From assembly GCA_965222225.1 (NCBI GenBank), contig CBDCTK010000002.1:1312001-1376000 (forward strand): 64,000 nucleotides of DNA, written 5' to 3'. This stretch comes from Candidatus Poribacteria bacterium. GTDB lineage: Bacteria > Poribacteria > WGA-4E > JAJDTR01. This document shows positions 21,496 to 32,382 of this stretch, piece after piece. Each line of letters opens with the position of its first letter. Within the stretch, counting starts at the first letter, position 1. Made by a program: the position numbers and the translations under genes. Under the pieces are notes generated by a model that saw nothing but the letters and a program-made list of their open reading frames with translations, was not told the origin of the DNA and did not search any database.

Positions 21496-23157
21496 TCACT
21501 CCTGAACCACAATCAGTTGGTTCGGTGCCACCCCGGTCAGGTAATCAACGGCTCCGCTTGGCCACGCAACCTCGATTGACTCAATCCGCTTGCCATCCGC
21601 AACTCCGAAGATGGCAGAAAGCTCACTCTGAGAACAGTAGCTACTGCCACTTTTGATGGTCCGTGTCTGCGCGCCGGATGCGACATGAATCGTAATCTTC
21701 GCGCCGATACCATCTCGATTGCTTTTTGTCCCGTTGAGTTTCAGCTTAATCCAATTATTGTTGTTGCCTCCATCATTGCGATAGAGATGTGCCGGTCCAT
21801 TAGAGGTTGCAACGAGGAGGTCCCAGTCGCCATCGTTGTCAATATCTCCGTAGGCTGCCCCCCGTCCAACAATCGGAATTGAAAGATCCTGACCGACGCG
21901 CATTGCATCGTCCGTAAAAGTTCCTTTCCCTAGATTGCGGAATAGATGGGGTGATTGCGCATAAGTAACCTCGCTCTGAACCGAATTAATCTCATTCTCG
22001 ACATGCCCATTAGCGGCAAAAATGTCAAGTCGACCGTCAAGATCGAAATCGAAAAAGAAACAGCCAAACGTGAGTGTTAGTAGGCTCGGGCTCCCAATAT
22101 AGGCAACCGGGGCATCGTCAATGAAGAAGTCCCCTTCGTGGTGGTAGAGGTTTATCATCTCGTTAGAAAAATTGCCGATGACAAGACTTTCTCTACCACT
22201 TCCATCGTAATCCCCTGCGTCAATGCCCATGGCTCCCGTCGCAACGCCGTTTTCGCTGTAGGCGACGCCGGCAATCATCCCCATTTCAATGAAGGTTCCA
22301 TCTCCGTTGTTCCGATAGAGTTTGTTGGGTTGAGTATCGTTCGCCTCGAAAATGTCAGGAAAACCATCGTCGTCGAAATCAAAGATACAGACGCCTAGTG
22401 ATTTGCTCTCCGGGTCCTCAATTCGCGCGATTCGTGACACATCGGCGAACGTACCGTCACCGCGATTCTTAAAGAGGTGGCTGGATTGCCCTTTGTAGGA
22501 CTTTGGTGTACAGTACGACTTGTTCGTGCCATCCAGCGTGCAGAAAATGTCCGTCTCAATTGTCCATTCAACGTAATTGGCGACGTACAAATCTAAATTG
22601 CCATCTCGATCATAATCAAACCAAGCGCAACTCGTCCCAAACCCGGGACTACTGATTCCTGTCCTTAAGGTCACATCGGCGAATGTTCCGTCCCCCTGAT
22701 TCTGGAATAGGCGGTCATCCCCAAGACAACTGATATAAAAATCCGCATCGCCATCGTTGTCATAGTCAGCCACCGCAACACCCATCCCGTATAAAGGCAC
22801 ATCAAGTCCCGCCTTCTTGGTCACATTGACGAATGTACCATTCGCACTGTTTCGGTAAAGGCCCATGGTTTGGAGTTTGCCGGTCGGGTGGCCCTCCCAG
22901 TCTTTACCATTAACCAACAGGAGGTCTTGCCAGTTATCGTTATCGTAGTCTATGAATGCGCACCCTGCTCCCATTGTTTCCGGCAGATATTTCTCGCCGA
23001 ATGCTCCGCTGTTATGAACGAAATCGATACCAGCTTGATTCGTGATGTCAACAAATTGGGGAAGGTGATTTGATGCATCTGAAGACTGGAAAACGAGGAG
23101 AAGTATAAAGTTGAAAATGTAAACAAATATCCGGTATATCTTAATTTTGACTCTCAT
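21496..23157 (-). CDS. CRTAC1-family protein (FG-GAP/VCBS repeats + ASPIC/UnbV)
   Basis: Repeated DxDxDGxxD motifs; C-terminal GIGAKI..SYCSQS..FG..WPSG; signal peptide. Confidence 0.92.
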   Translation of the reverse strand: MRVKIKIYRIFVYIFNFILLLVFQSSDASNHLPQFVDITNQAGIDFVHNSGAFGEKYLPETMGAGCAFIDYDNDNWQDLLLVNGKDWEGHPTGKLQTMGLYRNSANGTFVNVTKKAGLDVPLYGMGVAVADYDNDGDADFYISCLGDDRLFQNQGDGTFADVTLRTGISSPGFGTSCAWFDYDRDGNLDLYVANYVEWTIETDIFCTLDGTNKSYCTPKSYKGQSSHLFKNRGDGTFADVSRIARIEDPESKSLGVCIFDFDDDGFPDIFEANDTQPNKLYRNNGDGTFIEMGMIAGVAYSENGVATGAMGIDAGDYDGSGRESLVIGNFSNEMINLYHHEGDFFIDDAPVAYIGSPSLLTLTFGCFFFDFDLDGRLDIFAANGHVENEINSVQSEVTYAQSPHLFRNLGKGTFTDDAMRVGQDLSIPIVGRGAAYGDIDNDGDWDLLVATSNGPAHLYRNDGGNNNNWIKLKLNGTKSNRDGIGAKITIHVASGAQTRTIKSGSSYCSQSELSAIFGVADGKRIESIEVAWPSGAVDYLTGVAPNQLIVVQE

Positions 23158-23539
23158 TCTTACCTTTAATGCGTGTTATCAAACGTTTTCTGAGTTGTGA
23201 TTTCACTTGTTCACGCACCAGTCTCCGCGTCCACGGCAGGACCAGAACGAATCCAACAATATCGGTTAACACCCCAGGCGTGATGAGAAGCGCACCTCCG
23301 ACGAAGAGCAAAAGACCTTCAATCAGATGATTATGTGGCAACTCCCCATTATACAAAGACCTCGTGAGATTCCTATACACCTGTAATCCTTGGGCCTTCG
23401 CAAGAGAGGCGCCGATCAAGCCAGTCAGGACAACGATTCCTATGGTATGCCACGTACCAAAACGTCTGCCTAACTCAATCAAGATCGCCATTTCAACCAA
23501 GGGCGTGACGATGAAGAGTAGGAGGAGCTTGAGAAACAT
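23141..23539 (-). CDS. fxsA: FxsA family membrane protein
   Basis: PLVE and LLITPGVLTDIVG motifs. Confidence 0.9.
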   Translation of the reverse strand: MFLKLLLLFIVTPLVEMAILIELGRRFGTWHTIGIVVLTGLIGASLAKAQGLQVYRNLTRSLYNGELPHNHLIEGLLLFVGGALLITPGVLTDIVGFVLVLPWTRRLVREQVKSQLRKRLITRIKGKNESQN

Positions 23540-24426
23540 TAATAGCTTCGATCTAAAAATTTCCTTAGAACAGGATAAGTAGCGCTAGGGCGTTCAACAA
23601 AAGGTACATGCAGGGATCCCGGAACTTCATGGAATACACTCCCGAGTGCCTCTGCGAGTTGTAGCGCGGCATGACGGGAACAAAAGGGATCATGTTGACC
23701 GCGCATGATGAAAGTAGCCGTTTCGGGACACCGGAACCCAATATCCAAAGATGCCAATCCCTGCGAGGCCTTCTCTTGCAGGATGTGGAGGTCGCCATAA
23801 AGATTGTAGTTACATGTCTGCTTCAGAAGGATAGCAGACGTAAACGCATCCGCGTAGACATCCGGCAAGATTCTTCGGCCATCCTTTGGAAACTCGGGCG
23901 CACCATGAGCGCCTAGGGTAACTCGCTCGGCAGTAAGTTTTCTAACTCCCGCTCGAAACGTTTGAAAAACTCTCAAGCATGTGGCGACAAGGCGCGTCCG
24001 GTTCGCTAGAGGCCTTAAGTAGTATACTCCCTTTATAGGCGGACCACACGCTATAATTCGTTTCGCGGCAAGACGCGGCGCTTTGAGGAGCAACAGCGAC
24101 AAAATTCCTCCCATTGAGTGACCTATGACGCCGTGCAGCACCTTTCCTTCAGAAATTTGCTCTGATAGACCTGCGACAACTTTTGAGTACATCTTTAGCG
24201 TCGCGTGACACCGTGGAATCAGTGGGGTGTGACCGCAACCGGGCAAATCCAACGCCCACACTTCATACTGAGATGCCAAGTACGGGGCGAGACGATGCCA
24301 TCTCCGGCTTGAATCCATCCAGCCATGGACGAGAAGCACTTTTCTTCGACCACTGCCCCATCTTCTTACAAAAACAGGAATCTTGCCAATTGATGGAACT
24401 TCAACCTCAATATGGAACGTCTCCAT
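23539..24426 (-). CDS. Alpha/beta fold hydrolase
   Basis: LVHGW, DLPGCG, GHSMGG, catalytic D (HDP) and H (LHVP). Confidence 0.9.
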   Translation of the reverse strand: METFHIEVEVPSIGKIPVFVRRWGSGRRKVLLVHGWMDSSRRWHRLAPYLASQYEVWALDLPGCGHTPLIPRCHATLKMYSKVVAGLSEQISEGKVLHGVIGHSMGGILSLLLLKAPRLAAKRIIACGPPIKGVYYLRPLANRTRLVATCLRVFQTFRAGVRKLTAERVTLGAHGAPEFPKDGRRILPDVYADAFTSAILLKQTCNYNLYGDLHILQEKASQGLASLDIGFRCPETATFIMRGQHDPFCSRHAALQLAEALGSVFHEVPGSLHVPFVERPSATYPVLRKFLDRSY

Positions 24427-24801
24427 GAAACCTGTCCCTCCGCCTTCCACGCCTGCATTCTCTCTAGCCACAAAGGAAAAAAACTGTTATACTGTAGGTC
24501 GCTTGTCATCTTTTTGACGCGCCCGGATGTTTCGCGGAGTTCAAATATGTGTGTTTGCTTGAAAAGAATTTTCCGCCAAAATAATATGGTGTGGCTGTGT
24601 TCTTACGGGCGTGGGATGCCGTTGCTTGCGTCCTACGCGGGAAAATTATAACACTAGATTCGGTACATGCTCAAGTCGATTGTCATACCTGCGGTCTCGT
24701 CGAAGAGTGATTGTTTCGATGGGTAAACCAAAACTTAACCTCACCGTCAAATAATGCTGAGACTTAATCGGCACGATGACCCATCACGCTAGAGGAATCC
24801 G

Positions 24802-26100
24802 ATGAGGCCAGTAGAAGGAATATCAGTTGGATTCGCCGCAATCCGCATAAACAAGATGCGCTCGCTGCTGACCATGTTCGGCATTATTATCGGCGTGGCG
24901 TCTGTTCTCGCGATGATAGCAATTGGCGATGGTGCCAAACTCGTTGTCCTGCAGGACGCCGAAAAGTTAGGTGGTCTCAATCAATTCACGTTGTATCGCA
25001 GCTCCCACATGAGAAAAGGTGCACGTTGGGTACCGAACCGAAGCAGTGAATACTTTGAATATGACGACGTACTAGCCATTGAAGCCGAATGTCCCTCTGT
25101 TAAATTAGTTGTACCCAGAATACCCCAGTGGGGCGGTGTGCTAGTTCAAGCCGCTAATGGTGCAGAAACACGAGCCGGATACAACGGTGTTAATGATTCA
25201 TTCCCTGCTTCAATGAAATGGGATGTCCAACGGGGTCGTTTCATTTCGACTGAAGATATCAATGACCGCACCAAGGTATGTGTTCTCGGATCGGAAGTCG
25301 CTGCCGAATTGTTTGGCAACCGTAGTCCTATTGGTGAGGAAATCAAGATTGGGCGTAGCAGTGGCTATCGCCGCGGGGGCAGACAAAAGCAGGACAGGAG
25401 TACCGAGCGCTTCACTGTTGTCGGTACGATGATGTCGCGTGGCAGGAGTCTGCGCTTCGGTTGGAACCTTGACAACATTATCTTCTTGCCCCTCACCACC
25501 GTCCAACAACGGTTCACGGGAAACGACCGAGTTGTGATGCTTTCTGTTCACGCAAAAAGCGCAGACCTACTTGACAAAGCAACTGAAGAGGTGAAATCTG
25601 TTATTAGGAAAAGACACCGCAATCAAGACAATTTTTTCAATGTCTGGGTCTTGAAGGAAGGAATGGAACAACTCGAAAAGATTAGCAAGGTGATTAAAAT
25701 CACGCTCGGCATTATCGCCGGATTTGCCTTACTGGTTGGAGGAATCGGCATCATGAACATGATGTTGGTGTCAGTCACTGAGCGCACCCGAGAAATTGGT
25801 CTTCGAAAAGCGATTGGCGCCAAGCGGCTAGACATCCTCTTTCAGTTCTTGGTCGAAGCTATCATAATGTGTAGCGCAGGTGGTCTAATCGGCCTCGGCT
25901 TAGGTGTTCTCGCCGGCAAAGGAATGGCATACATCGCTGTTAGCATCGTTAAGATTGTTCCGGAATGGCCCGCCGTAATTTCAACGGAGTGGATGATTAT
26001 TTCGGTGGCGGTTTCAGCGGCAATTGGTATCTTCTTTGGGCTGTATCCTGCGATTCGAGCGTCGGAACTATCGCCAGTGGAAGCCTTGAGAACGGAATAG
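24802..26100 (+). CDS. MacB/FtsX-like ABC permease
   Basis: RSLLTMFGIIIGV and GGIGIMNMMLVSVTERTREIG motifs. Confidence 0.95.
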   Translation: MRPVEGISVGFAAIRINKMRSLLTMFGIIIGVASVLAMIAIGDGAKLVVLQDAEKLGGLNQFTLYRSSHMRKGARWVPNRSSEYFEYDDVLAIEAECPSVKLVVPRIPQWGGVLVQAANGAETRAGYNGVNDSFPASMKWDVQRGRFISTEDINDRTKVCVLGSEVAAELFGNRSPIGEEIKIGRSSGYRRGGRQKQDRSTERFTVVGTMMSRGRSLRFGWNLDNIIFLPLTTVQQRFTGNDRVVMLSVHAKSADLLDKATEEVKSVIRKRHRNQDNFFNVWVLKEGMEQLEKISKVIKITLGIIAGFALLVGGIGIMNMMLVSVTERTREIGLRKAIGAKRLDILFQFLVEAIIMCSAGGLIGLGLGVLAGKGMAYIAVSIVKIVPEWPAVISTEWMIISVAVSAAIGIFFGLYPAIRASELSPVEALRTE

Positions 26101-26337
26101 TGGAGTCGCATTCAACTCAGGGATTTTCGCGAACTGAATTCACCCGTAATTGTCCATTGCAGATCGAATGAATCTCCACCGAGAAAGGATTGTTCAACGT
26201 TAAGTCATTACTTCTTTCAATCTTCCGCTTTCCTGACTCTAGTGCTTCAGAATATAAGCCTTGATCTTGATATCGAACCTTGCATAACCGATTCAGGCTA
26301 CAAACCTATAAACATGGGATAATCAACGGCAATCAGC

Positions 26338-27642
26338 ATGAACATCATTGAGTGTATTTTCGTAGGGATTTCTAGCCTTCGCCGCCATACATTGCGCACA
26401 TCATTGACCATTTTGGGCGTTGTAGTTGGTGTGGGCGCCGTGGTGAGCATGGTGTCGGTTGGCGACGGTTCCCGCGCTATGGTTCTGAGAGAGATTGAGC
26501 GTACAGGTGGCATCAACATGATCGAAATATACCGAGACGATTGGGATAAACAATCGGGCACATTGACGCGCGCAGCTGGTCGAACGGTCCGAAACAGACG
26601 CTGGAGGCGCAACCGCGCAGAACACTTGGAAACTTCCGATGCATACGCTATTCTTGAACAGGCGAAAGGGGTTACACACGTTATTGCTGAAGATGACATG
26701 GGTGGTTGGAACATCAACTATCAAGGCATTAGCAAGGACTCACGCATTGTCGCGTCAACGGCGGGTTACGATCGCTCGCACAATTGGTACCCACAGATGG
26801 GTCGGTTCTTTACGGAAGAAGAGGTCGAAGCCGCCAGTAATGTCACTGTCATCGGATCTAAAATCTACGAAGACGTCTTCAAGAACGGGGATGCAATCGG
26901 CGAAGAAATTAAAGCAACACGCGCCAGTTCGCGGGGGCGTCGTTATGACGTGCGCCTTACCGTAATTGGGGTCATGGAAGAAAAAGGTGACGCCATGGAC
27001 ACCCAAGGGTGGGACAATCGCTTCATCATCCCTATAACAACACTCCAACAAAGATTTAAAGGCAGAAAGGACATTGAACGCATTCGTGTTGAAGCCGACA
27101 ATCTGGACGACGTTGAATCTGTGCGAGAGAAATCGAAACGCATATTGGGACGAATACACAACAACTCCGGCGACGAGTATCAATATTGGACAGCGACTGA
27201 GGAACTCGCGACCGCTGAAAAAATTGGACAAACAATGAAAGCACTAATGGGAGGCATCGCCGGAATCGCTCTTTTCGTAGCGGGGATCGGCGTGATGAAT
27301 ATCATGTTGGTCTCCGTCACCGAACGAACGAAGGAAATCGGTTTGCGCAAGGCTCTTGGCGCTAAGCGGCGTGATATTTTGTTGCAGTTTCTCATAGAAG
27401 CTGGTACGCTTACACTGTTCGGCGGAATTCTTGGCGCCATACTTGGCGTATTCATGGGGCAAGGTACTGCGGCGCTCATTGAGAAATACGTGTGGCCCGG
27501 AAGTAATTGGCCCTCGATCATCTCTTTAAGCACAATCATTCTCGCAATGACGGTCTCTATAAGCGTAGGAATTTTCTTCGGATTGTATCCCGCCAATAGG
27601 GCCGCCAAGTTGACCCCGGTCGAAGCGCTAAGATCAGAATAA
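26338..27642 (+). CDS. MacB/FtsX-like ABC permease
   Basis: AGIGVMNIMLVSVTERTKEIG motif. Confidence 0.95.
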   Translation: MNIIECIFVGISSLRRHTLRTSLTILGVVVGVGAVVSMVSVGDGSRAMVLREIERTGGINMIEIYRDDWDKQSGTLTRAAGRTVRNRRWRRNRAEHLETSDAYAILEQAKGVTHVIAEDDMGGWNINYQGISKDSRIVASTAGYDRSHNWYPQMGRFFTEEEVEAASNVTVIGSKIYEDVFKNGDAIGEEIKATRASSRGRRYDVRLTVIGVMEEKGDAMDTQGWDNRFIIPITTLQQRFKGRKDIERIRVEADNLDDVESVREKSKRILGRIHNNSGDEYQYWTATEELATAEKIGQTMKALMGGIAGIALFVAGIGVMNIMLVSVTERTKEIGLRKALGAKRRDILLQFLIEAGTLTLFGGILGAILGVFMGQGTAALIEKYVWPGSNWPSIISLSTIILAMTVSISVGIFFGLYPANRAAKLTPVEALRSE

Positions 27643-27699
27643 CATTCGATAGTCAATTGGCAGTCGCCGATTGCCACTTAATGAAGGAACTCCTACAAC

Positions 27700-29646
27700 G
27701 TGAACAAGAAGATTGTTGCAATTGTAGTAATTGTATTTGTCGCAGCTATCGTCGGCATTCTCAGACTGAGGGGAGTGAACATCCAGTTTGGGGTTAACAT
27801 AGTTCCTAAAGCGACCTCTGATTTCACTAGCAAGCCCGCCGAAAAAAAAGTCGAAGTCGTCAAACGCGGCGATTTCCAAATGCGTATCAGCGCAACCGGT
27901 AACCTTGAACCTCTCATTGATGTTGAAGTCAAGTCGAATGTTGAAGGCGAGGTTGTACGGTTGTATGTCAGCGAAGGGCAACATGTAGAGAAAGATCAGG
28001 TGTTACTAGAGATTGATCCCGAACAGATCCAAGAAGATGAGAAGCAGGCTGAGGCTAACGTCAACGCGGCGAAAGCACAACTCGAACAAGCAAGACTCAG
28101 CATAGGTCTGAAAGTTAAGGAACTAGACAGTACATTGAGGCAGGCGACGGACAACGTTGAAATTGCTAAAGCGAATTTGACGACCACGCTGGCAACCACT
28201 GGCTCGCAACTCACGCAAGCTGATACACAAATTCAAACGACGAAGAACGATTTAGCGCAAGATAACATTGCTTTGGAACAGGCGAAGATTGCCCTTACAC
28301 AAGCGGATTTGAGGCTTGCTGAACTTGAGGTCGAGCGTGACTCCGCGAAGGTTGCATTGGATACCGCGCAGGCAGAATTGAATCGGAGTCAGGAATTGTT
28401 CGATAAGAAACTCATTGCGAAGAAATCACTGGAAGAGGCAGAAACAAGACATGCGACATCGCTATCCCAAAATAATAGCGCCGTGAAGCGCTTTGAATCT
28501 CAACAGCAAGCTGTCAATTCTCAAACGAAAACCATTGACGCGAGACAAAGTGCCATTGAATCCCGCAAAGGCACGCTGAAGTATCAGGAACTAAATCGTG
28601 GCAAATTGGGCGAAATGCGGGAAGCAGAAGAAAAAGGGACTCAACTTCAGTTGCAAATTGCTGAAACGCGTCTTACAGAGATTCAGGAGTCAATTGAGGC
28701 CAAGGAGGAGGTTACAAAACAGACGAAAGTCGGGGCAGAAGCCAACCTTCTTCGGAACAAAAGCAGCTTGAAAAACCAACAGGAGCGTTTAGGGTGGACA
28801 ACAATAAAAGCCCCGATGGCAGGCGCCGTTACCTTGTTGGAAATAGAAGAAGGTGAAATTGTCACTTCGGGCCGGTCTTCCTTCTCCCAAAGCCCACCGC
28901 TCATGACAATTGCAGACCTGTCAAAGATGGTCGTCAAAACCTACATCAACGAAGTTGATATGGAACGGCTTCGCCTGGACCAAGAAGCTGAAATCAAAGT
29001 TGACGCATACGCAAAGAAGAAATACAAGGGGCGTGTTGCAGAAATCTCGCCGAGTGGAGAAGAGCGTGATAATATCATAACGTTTGAGGTGATGGTCGAA
29101 GTCGTGGGGTCGCCGCAAGAGTTGATGCCAGGTATGAGTGCTGATGTTGATATCATCACTTACAAGGAAAAGAATGTCCTACTACTGCCGATCGATGCCA
29201 TCGAGGACAAAACCTCCGTCACTGTCACTGCGGAAGTTAACGACGCATCGCCCTTCAAAGAGAAACAGCCAATCGAAATCATGACGCCAACCGAAAAAAC
29301 CTTCAATGGACACGTGAAGTCGATTAGTGGTTCGGAGTTAATCATCAGCCTTGATAATTCCCAGCGAGGGTTGCGGCCCGGCAAAATGACCCTCGCACTT
29401 CTGGCTAAAGGAAAACAGATAGCGGACGGTGTTCCCGGCACGATTGACATAGTCAAGGAAAAACTTGTGATTCTGGATGAGGGAGAAACGGAAGGAAAGC
29501 GCAAGGGACCGCCAAAAGGTAGAAAAACCCCAATTGAAACTGGTATGCAAAACGAAACGGAAGTGATTATCAAGAGCGGTCTGTTTGAAGGCGACCGCGT
29601 GATTCTGCCACCTCGAAATAAACCGCCGGCAGGCGCGTGGCGATGA
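27700..29646 (+). CDS. Efflux periplasmic adaptor (MacA/HlyD family) with a very long coiled coil
   Basis: N-terminal TM, lipoyl halves (VKSNVEGEV; IKAPMAGAV), beta-barrel (PGMSADV). Confidence 0.9.
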   Translation: MNKKIVAIVVIVFVAAIVGILRLRGVNIQFGVNIVPKATSDFTSKPAEKKVEVVKRGDFQMRISATGNLEPLIDVEVKSNVEGEVVRLYVSEGQHVEKDQVLLEIDPEQIQEDEKQAEANVNAAKAQLEQARLSIGLKVKELDSTLRQATDNVEIAKANLTTTLATTGSQLTQADTQIQTTKNDLAQDNIALEQAKIALTQADLRLAELEVERDSAKVALDTAQAELNRSQELFDKKLIAKKSLEEAETRHATSLSQNNSAVKRFESQQQAVNSQTKTIDARQSAIESRKGTLKYQELNRGKLGEMREAEEKGTQLQLQIAETRLTEIQESIEAKEEVTKQTKVGAEANLLRNKSSLKNQQERLGWTTIKAPMAGAVTLLEIEEGEIVTSGRSSFSQSPPLMTIADLSKMVVKTYINEVDMERLRLDQEAEIKVDAYAKKKYKGRVAEISPSGEERDNIITFEVMVEVVGSPQELMPGMSADVDIITYKEKNVLLLPIDAIEDKTSVTVTAEVNDASPFKEKQPIEIMTPTEKTFNGHVKSISGSELIISLDNSQRGLRPGKMTLALLAKGKQIADGVPGTIDIVKEKLVILDEGETEGKRKGPPKGRKTPIETGMQNETEVIIKSGLFEGDRVILPPRNKPPAGAWR

Positions 29647-29674
29647 GGTTAACTTTTTCGTTCGTTCCAACAAG

Positions 29675-29703
29675 AAGCGTCTCATCCCATTGAGACGCTT
29701 TTT
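29675..29703 (+). terminator. Intrinsic terminator
   Basis: AAGCGTCTCA-loop-TGAGACGCTTTTT. Confidence 0.8.
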
Positions 29704-30234
29704 CTATTTCTGAAACGAATAAGACTTATCCAAAACCCTCTGTAGTTCTGTGGTGCAGACATTGGGCATCCAACACAGACATTTATTGCCATCCACCACT
29801 GCCCACCATCTCCAAATCCGCTGAATACACCGGATGTCGCAAGCTAACCTCCATTCCAATCCGGAGGCAGAAGGGATCGTAGTAGGATCAACTGAAATCA
29901 AACGCACAGCTAGTGAGTGCGATAGCAATCCCTGATAGCGAAGGAGCAACTGACCTATAGGAAAGGCGCTAGAGCTCTCATAGTAAATCACGCACGATAC
30001 TCGTGACGAATCCGAGTGTTTCCTGTAAACTCGGTTTCTTCAGCTCTCTGTAAAGGTAAAGCGGGATCCGCGATCATCAAATCGCAGATTCTCCCTCTTA
30101 TTGCCCACCATTTCCAAACGCGTTGCCTGCACTGCACACCCAACTCAAATCCCCATTTTCATCGTTGCATTCCATTCCATCCTGATATATCATAGCCCCA
30201 ATTCTCGCCACAATCACGAATCAAGGAGTCACGT

Positions 30235-31032
30235 GTGAAGATTACGATTCTCGGATCCGGAACCTCTACGGGCGTACCCGAATACAAATGCGAATGTGAC
30301 ACTTGTGCAGACGCTCGACGCATCGGCTCAAAGAATTACCGCACCCGGCCATCGATTCATATCGAAAAAGATGGCAAGCATTTACAATTCGACCTGGGAC
30401 CTAACTTTATGGACCAGATTGACCGCAACAAAGTCGATTGGATTGATGCGGTCGTGTTTACGCACTGCCATGCAGATCATGTCAGTGGAACAAATGACAT
30501 CGTAATGCCGTGCCGTAAGCAACAAATGGACATGCCAATCTATGGTCCCGAGGAAACAATACGAATTTTGCAGCGCAATTTTGATTATATGTTCAGTAAA
30601 GAGTCTTACCAAGGTGGCGGTATCGCTCACCTCATTCCACACATCGTTGACAGGAAATTCCAGATTGATGGGTGTGAACTGTTACCTATTCCCGTCGAAC
30701 ACGCTGCCGTGCAAACCTACGGCTACCGAATCGACAACTTCGGTTACATTCCCGATGTCAAACAACTGCCAGACTCCTCAAAGAATCTGCTGCGTGGAAT
30801 TGATGTGCTGATTATCGACGCACTGAGTTTCAATTCGCGGCATCCAACCCATTTCTCCGTCCACGAGGCAATCGCTGTAAGTAACGACTTGCAGCCGAAA
30901 GCAACCTATTTTACCCACATCATGCACCGCCTCGATCACCGCTATTTCCCCGTACAGTGCGAGGACCAAAACATCGATCTCCCCGAGAATGTCCATCTCG
31001 CCTTTGACGGACAAGTGATTGAAATTTCTTAG
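30235..31032 (+). CDS. MBL-fold metallo-hydrolase (PhnP-like)
   Basis: LGSGTSTGVP..C.C..C and THCHADH motifs. Confidence 0.92.
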   Translation: MKITILGSGTSTGVPEYKCECDTCADARRIGSKNYRTRPSIHIEKDGKHLQFDLGPNFMDQIDRNKVDWIDAVVFTHCHADHVSGTNDIVMPCRKQQMDMPIYGPEETIRILQRNFDYMFSKESYQGGGIAHLIPHIVDRKFQIDGCELLPIPVEHAAVQTYGYRIDNFGYIPDVKQLPDSSKNLLRGIDVLIIDALSFNSRHPTHFSVHEAIAVSNDLQPKATYFTHIMHRLDHRYFPVQCEDQNIDLPENVHLAFDGQVIEIS

Positions 31033-31111
31033 CACAGGGCCTCGGGCAGATGGAGATTGCGCTAGCGTTCATGAGTTATCCCATCTGAACCCTCGCCATA
31101 GCAAAAGACTT

Positions 31112-31468
31112 TCAGAACTTATGCAGACCGATGTTGTTTCCGGCAGGGTCAATAAACACACCGATGTGTCCCATACCACCCGGGACCGGCGTCGGCGGCA
31201 CAATCGTCTTACCGCCAAGGCTCTCCGCTTTGTCCAAACACGCTTGAATGTCGTCCACCTGGATGTAGATAGAGACATAGTTTGGCGGCATGTCTTCGGT
31301 CGTTTGCATAATGGCTCCAGGGATACCGCCCTTGACATTCTCAATATACCAGTAGTTGCCAGCCGGGGCATGACGCGCAATTTTCCAATCGAAGAGGCTG
31401 CCGAAGAACTCCTTTAGCGCCGCCCCGTCTCGCCCTGCGATTTCAAAATAGACAACCGGTTTTCCCAT
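31112..31468 (-). CDS. VOC/glyoxalase family protein
   Basis: PVVYFEI and DPAGNNIGL motifs; paralogue of the neighbouring gene. Confidence 0.9.
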   Translation of the reverse strand: MGKPVVYFEIAGRDGAALKEFFGSLFDWKIARHAPAGNYWYIENVKGGIPGAIMQTTEDMPPNYVSIYIQVDDIQACLDKAESLGGKTIVPPTPVPGGMGHIGVFIDPAGNNIGLHKF

Positions 31469-31597
31469 GAACCCCTCCTAATCCCTTGCCGTAATCAAAG
31501 TTTAAGAATCAACCCTACATTTTGGGCAAGATAAGGATTTGAAGACCTGCGGTTCCATCCAGTCTTACTTTCTTCCAATCTTCCATTCTTCCTTTTG

Positions 31598-31975
31598 CTA
31601 CCGATCGTTCTGCCCTTCGGGTGCCTTGTAGAGTCCGATACAGTTGCCGCTCGGATCGCTAAACATTGCCATCGAACCAACATCATCGCGGATAAGCATG
31701 GGCGGCACAATGGTCTTTCCACCTAGGCTTTCGGCTTTGTCCAGATACGCTTGGAGATCATCCACCTGAATGTAGATAGTGACGTGGTTAGGCGGCATGT
31801 CCTCGGTCGTCGGCATGATTCCTCCTCCGATTCCACCCTCCTCCGCACACACGCCTGCGTAGTTGTTCAAATTCTCCGCTACAGTTAAATTCCAATCGAA
31901 GAGCTCCGTGTAAAATCCCCGAAGCTGCTCACCATCTCTACCTCCGATTTCAAAATGAACCACTGGTTGTCCCAT
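31598..31975 (-). CDS. VOC/glyoxalase family protein
   Basis: PVVHFEI and DPSGNCIGL motifs; RBS before the ATG at 31975. Confidence 0.9.
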   Translation of the reverse strand: MGQPVVHFEIGGRDGEQLRGFYTELFDWNLTVAENLNNYAGVCAEEGGIGGGIMPTTEDMPPNHVTIYIQVDDLQAYLDKAESLGGKTIVPPMLIRDDVGSMAMFSDPSGNCIGLYKAPEGQNDR

Positions 31976-32382
31976 TATTCCTCTCCTTTGAGTGAGATAA
32001 TTAGTGCGCTCGCGATGTGCCTCATGCCGCAATTTTAGACTAGCACTACCGATTTCGTCAATGCGAATTTGAAATGGTTGGCAGGAACATTAGATCCGCG
32101 TAGAGATTTTCTTGGCACGAGACACATTAAACCTCTTCTGTTAGCGATAATCTTTGTACAGGGTTGAATGTCTAAGGTTCGAATCTTGCGCGTTGGACAC
32201 TTTATGCGCGCTGTAGTAAATCTCAACGCTGATAGCCAGATCCAAATGTTCGTGAGATGTTCTAATTTTAATGTAGACATCACGGTGTCTAATGGAGTAT
32301 CATGGGAGCTTAGAAATAGATGATAAATTCCCTAGACCTATAATCTTGGAACGAAGGCAAGACGTACCGAACAAGAACAACT

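Noticed and set aside
32035-32283. 82-aa ORF in the AT-rich gap between the VOC genes and the selenoprotein gene
   Set aside because: No recognisable motif or clear RBS; cannot be supported
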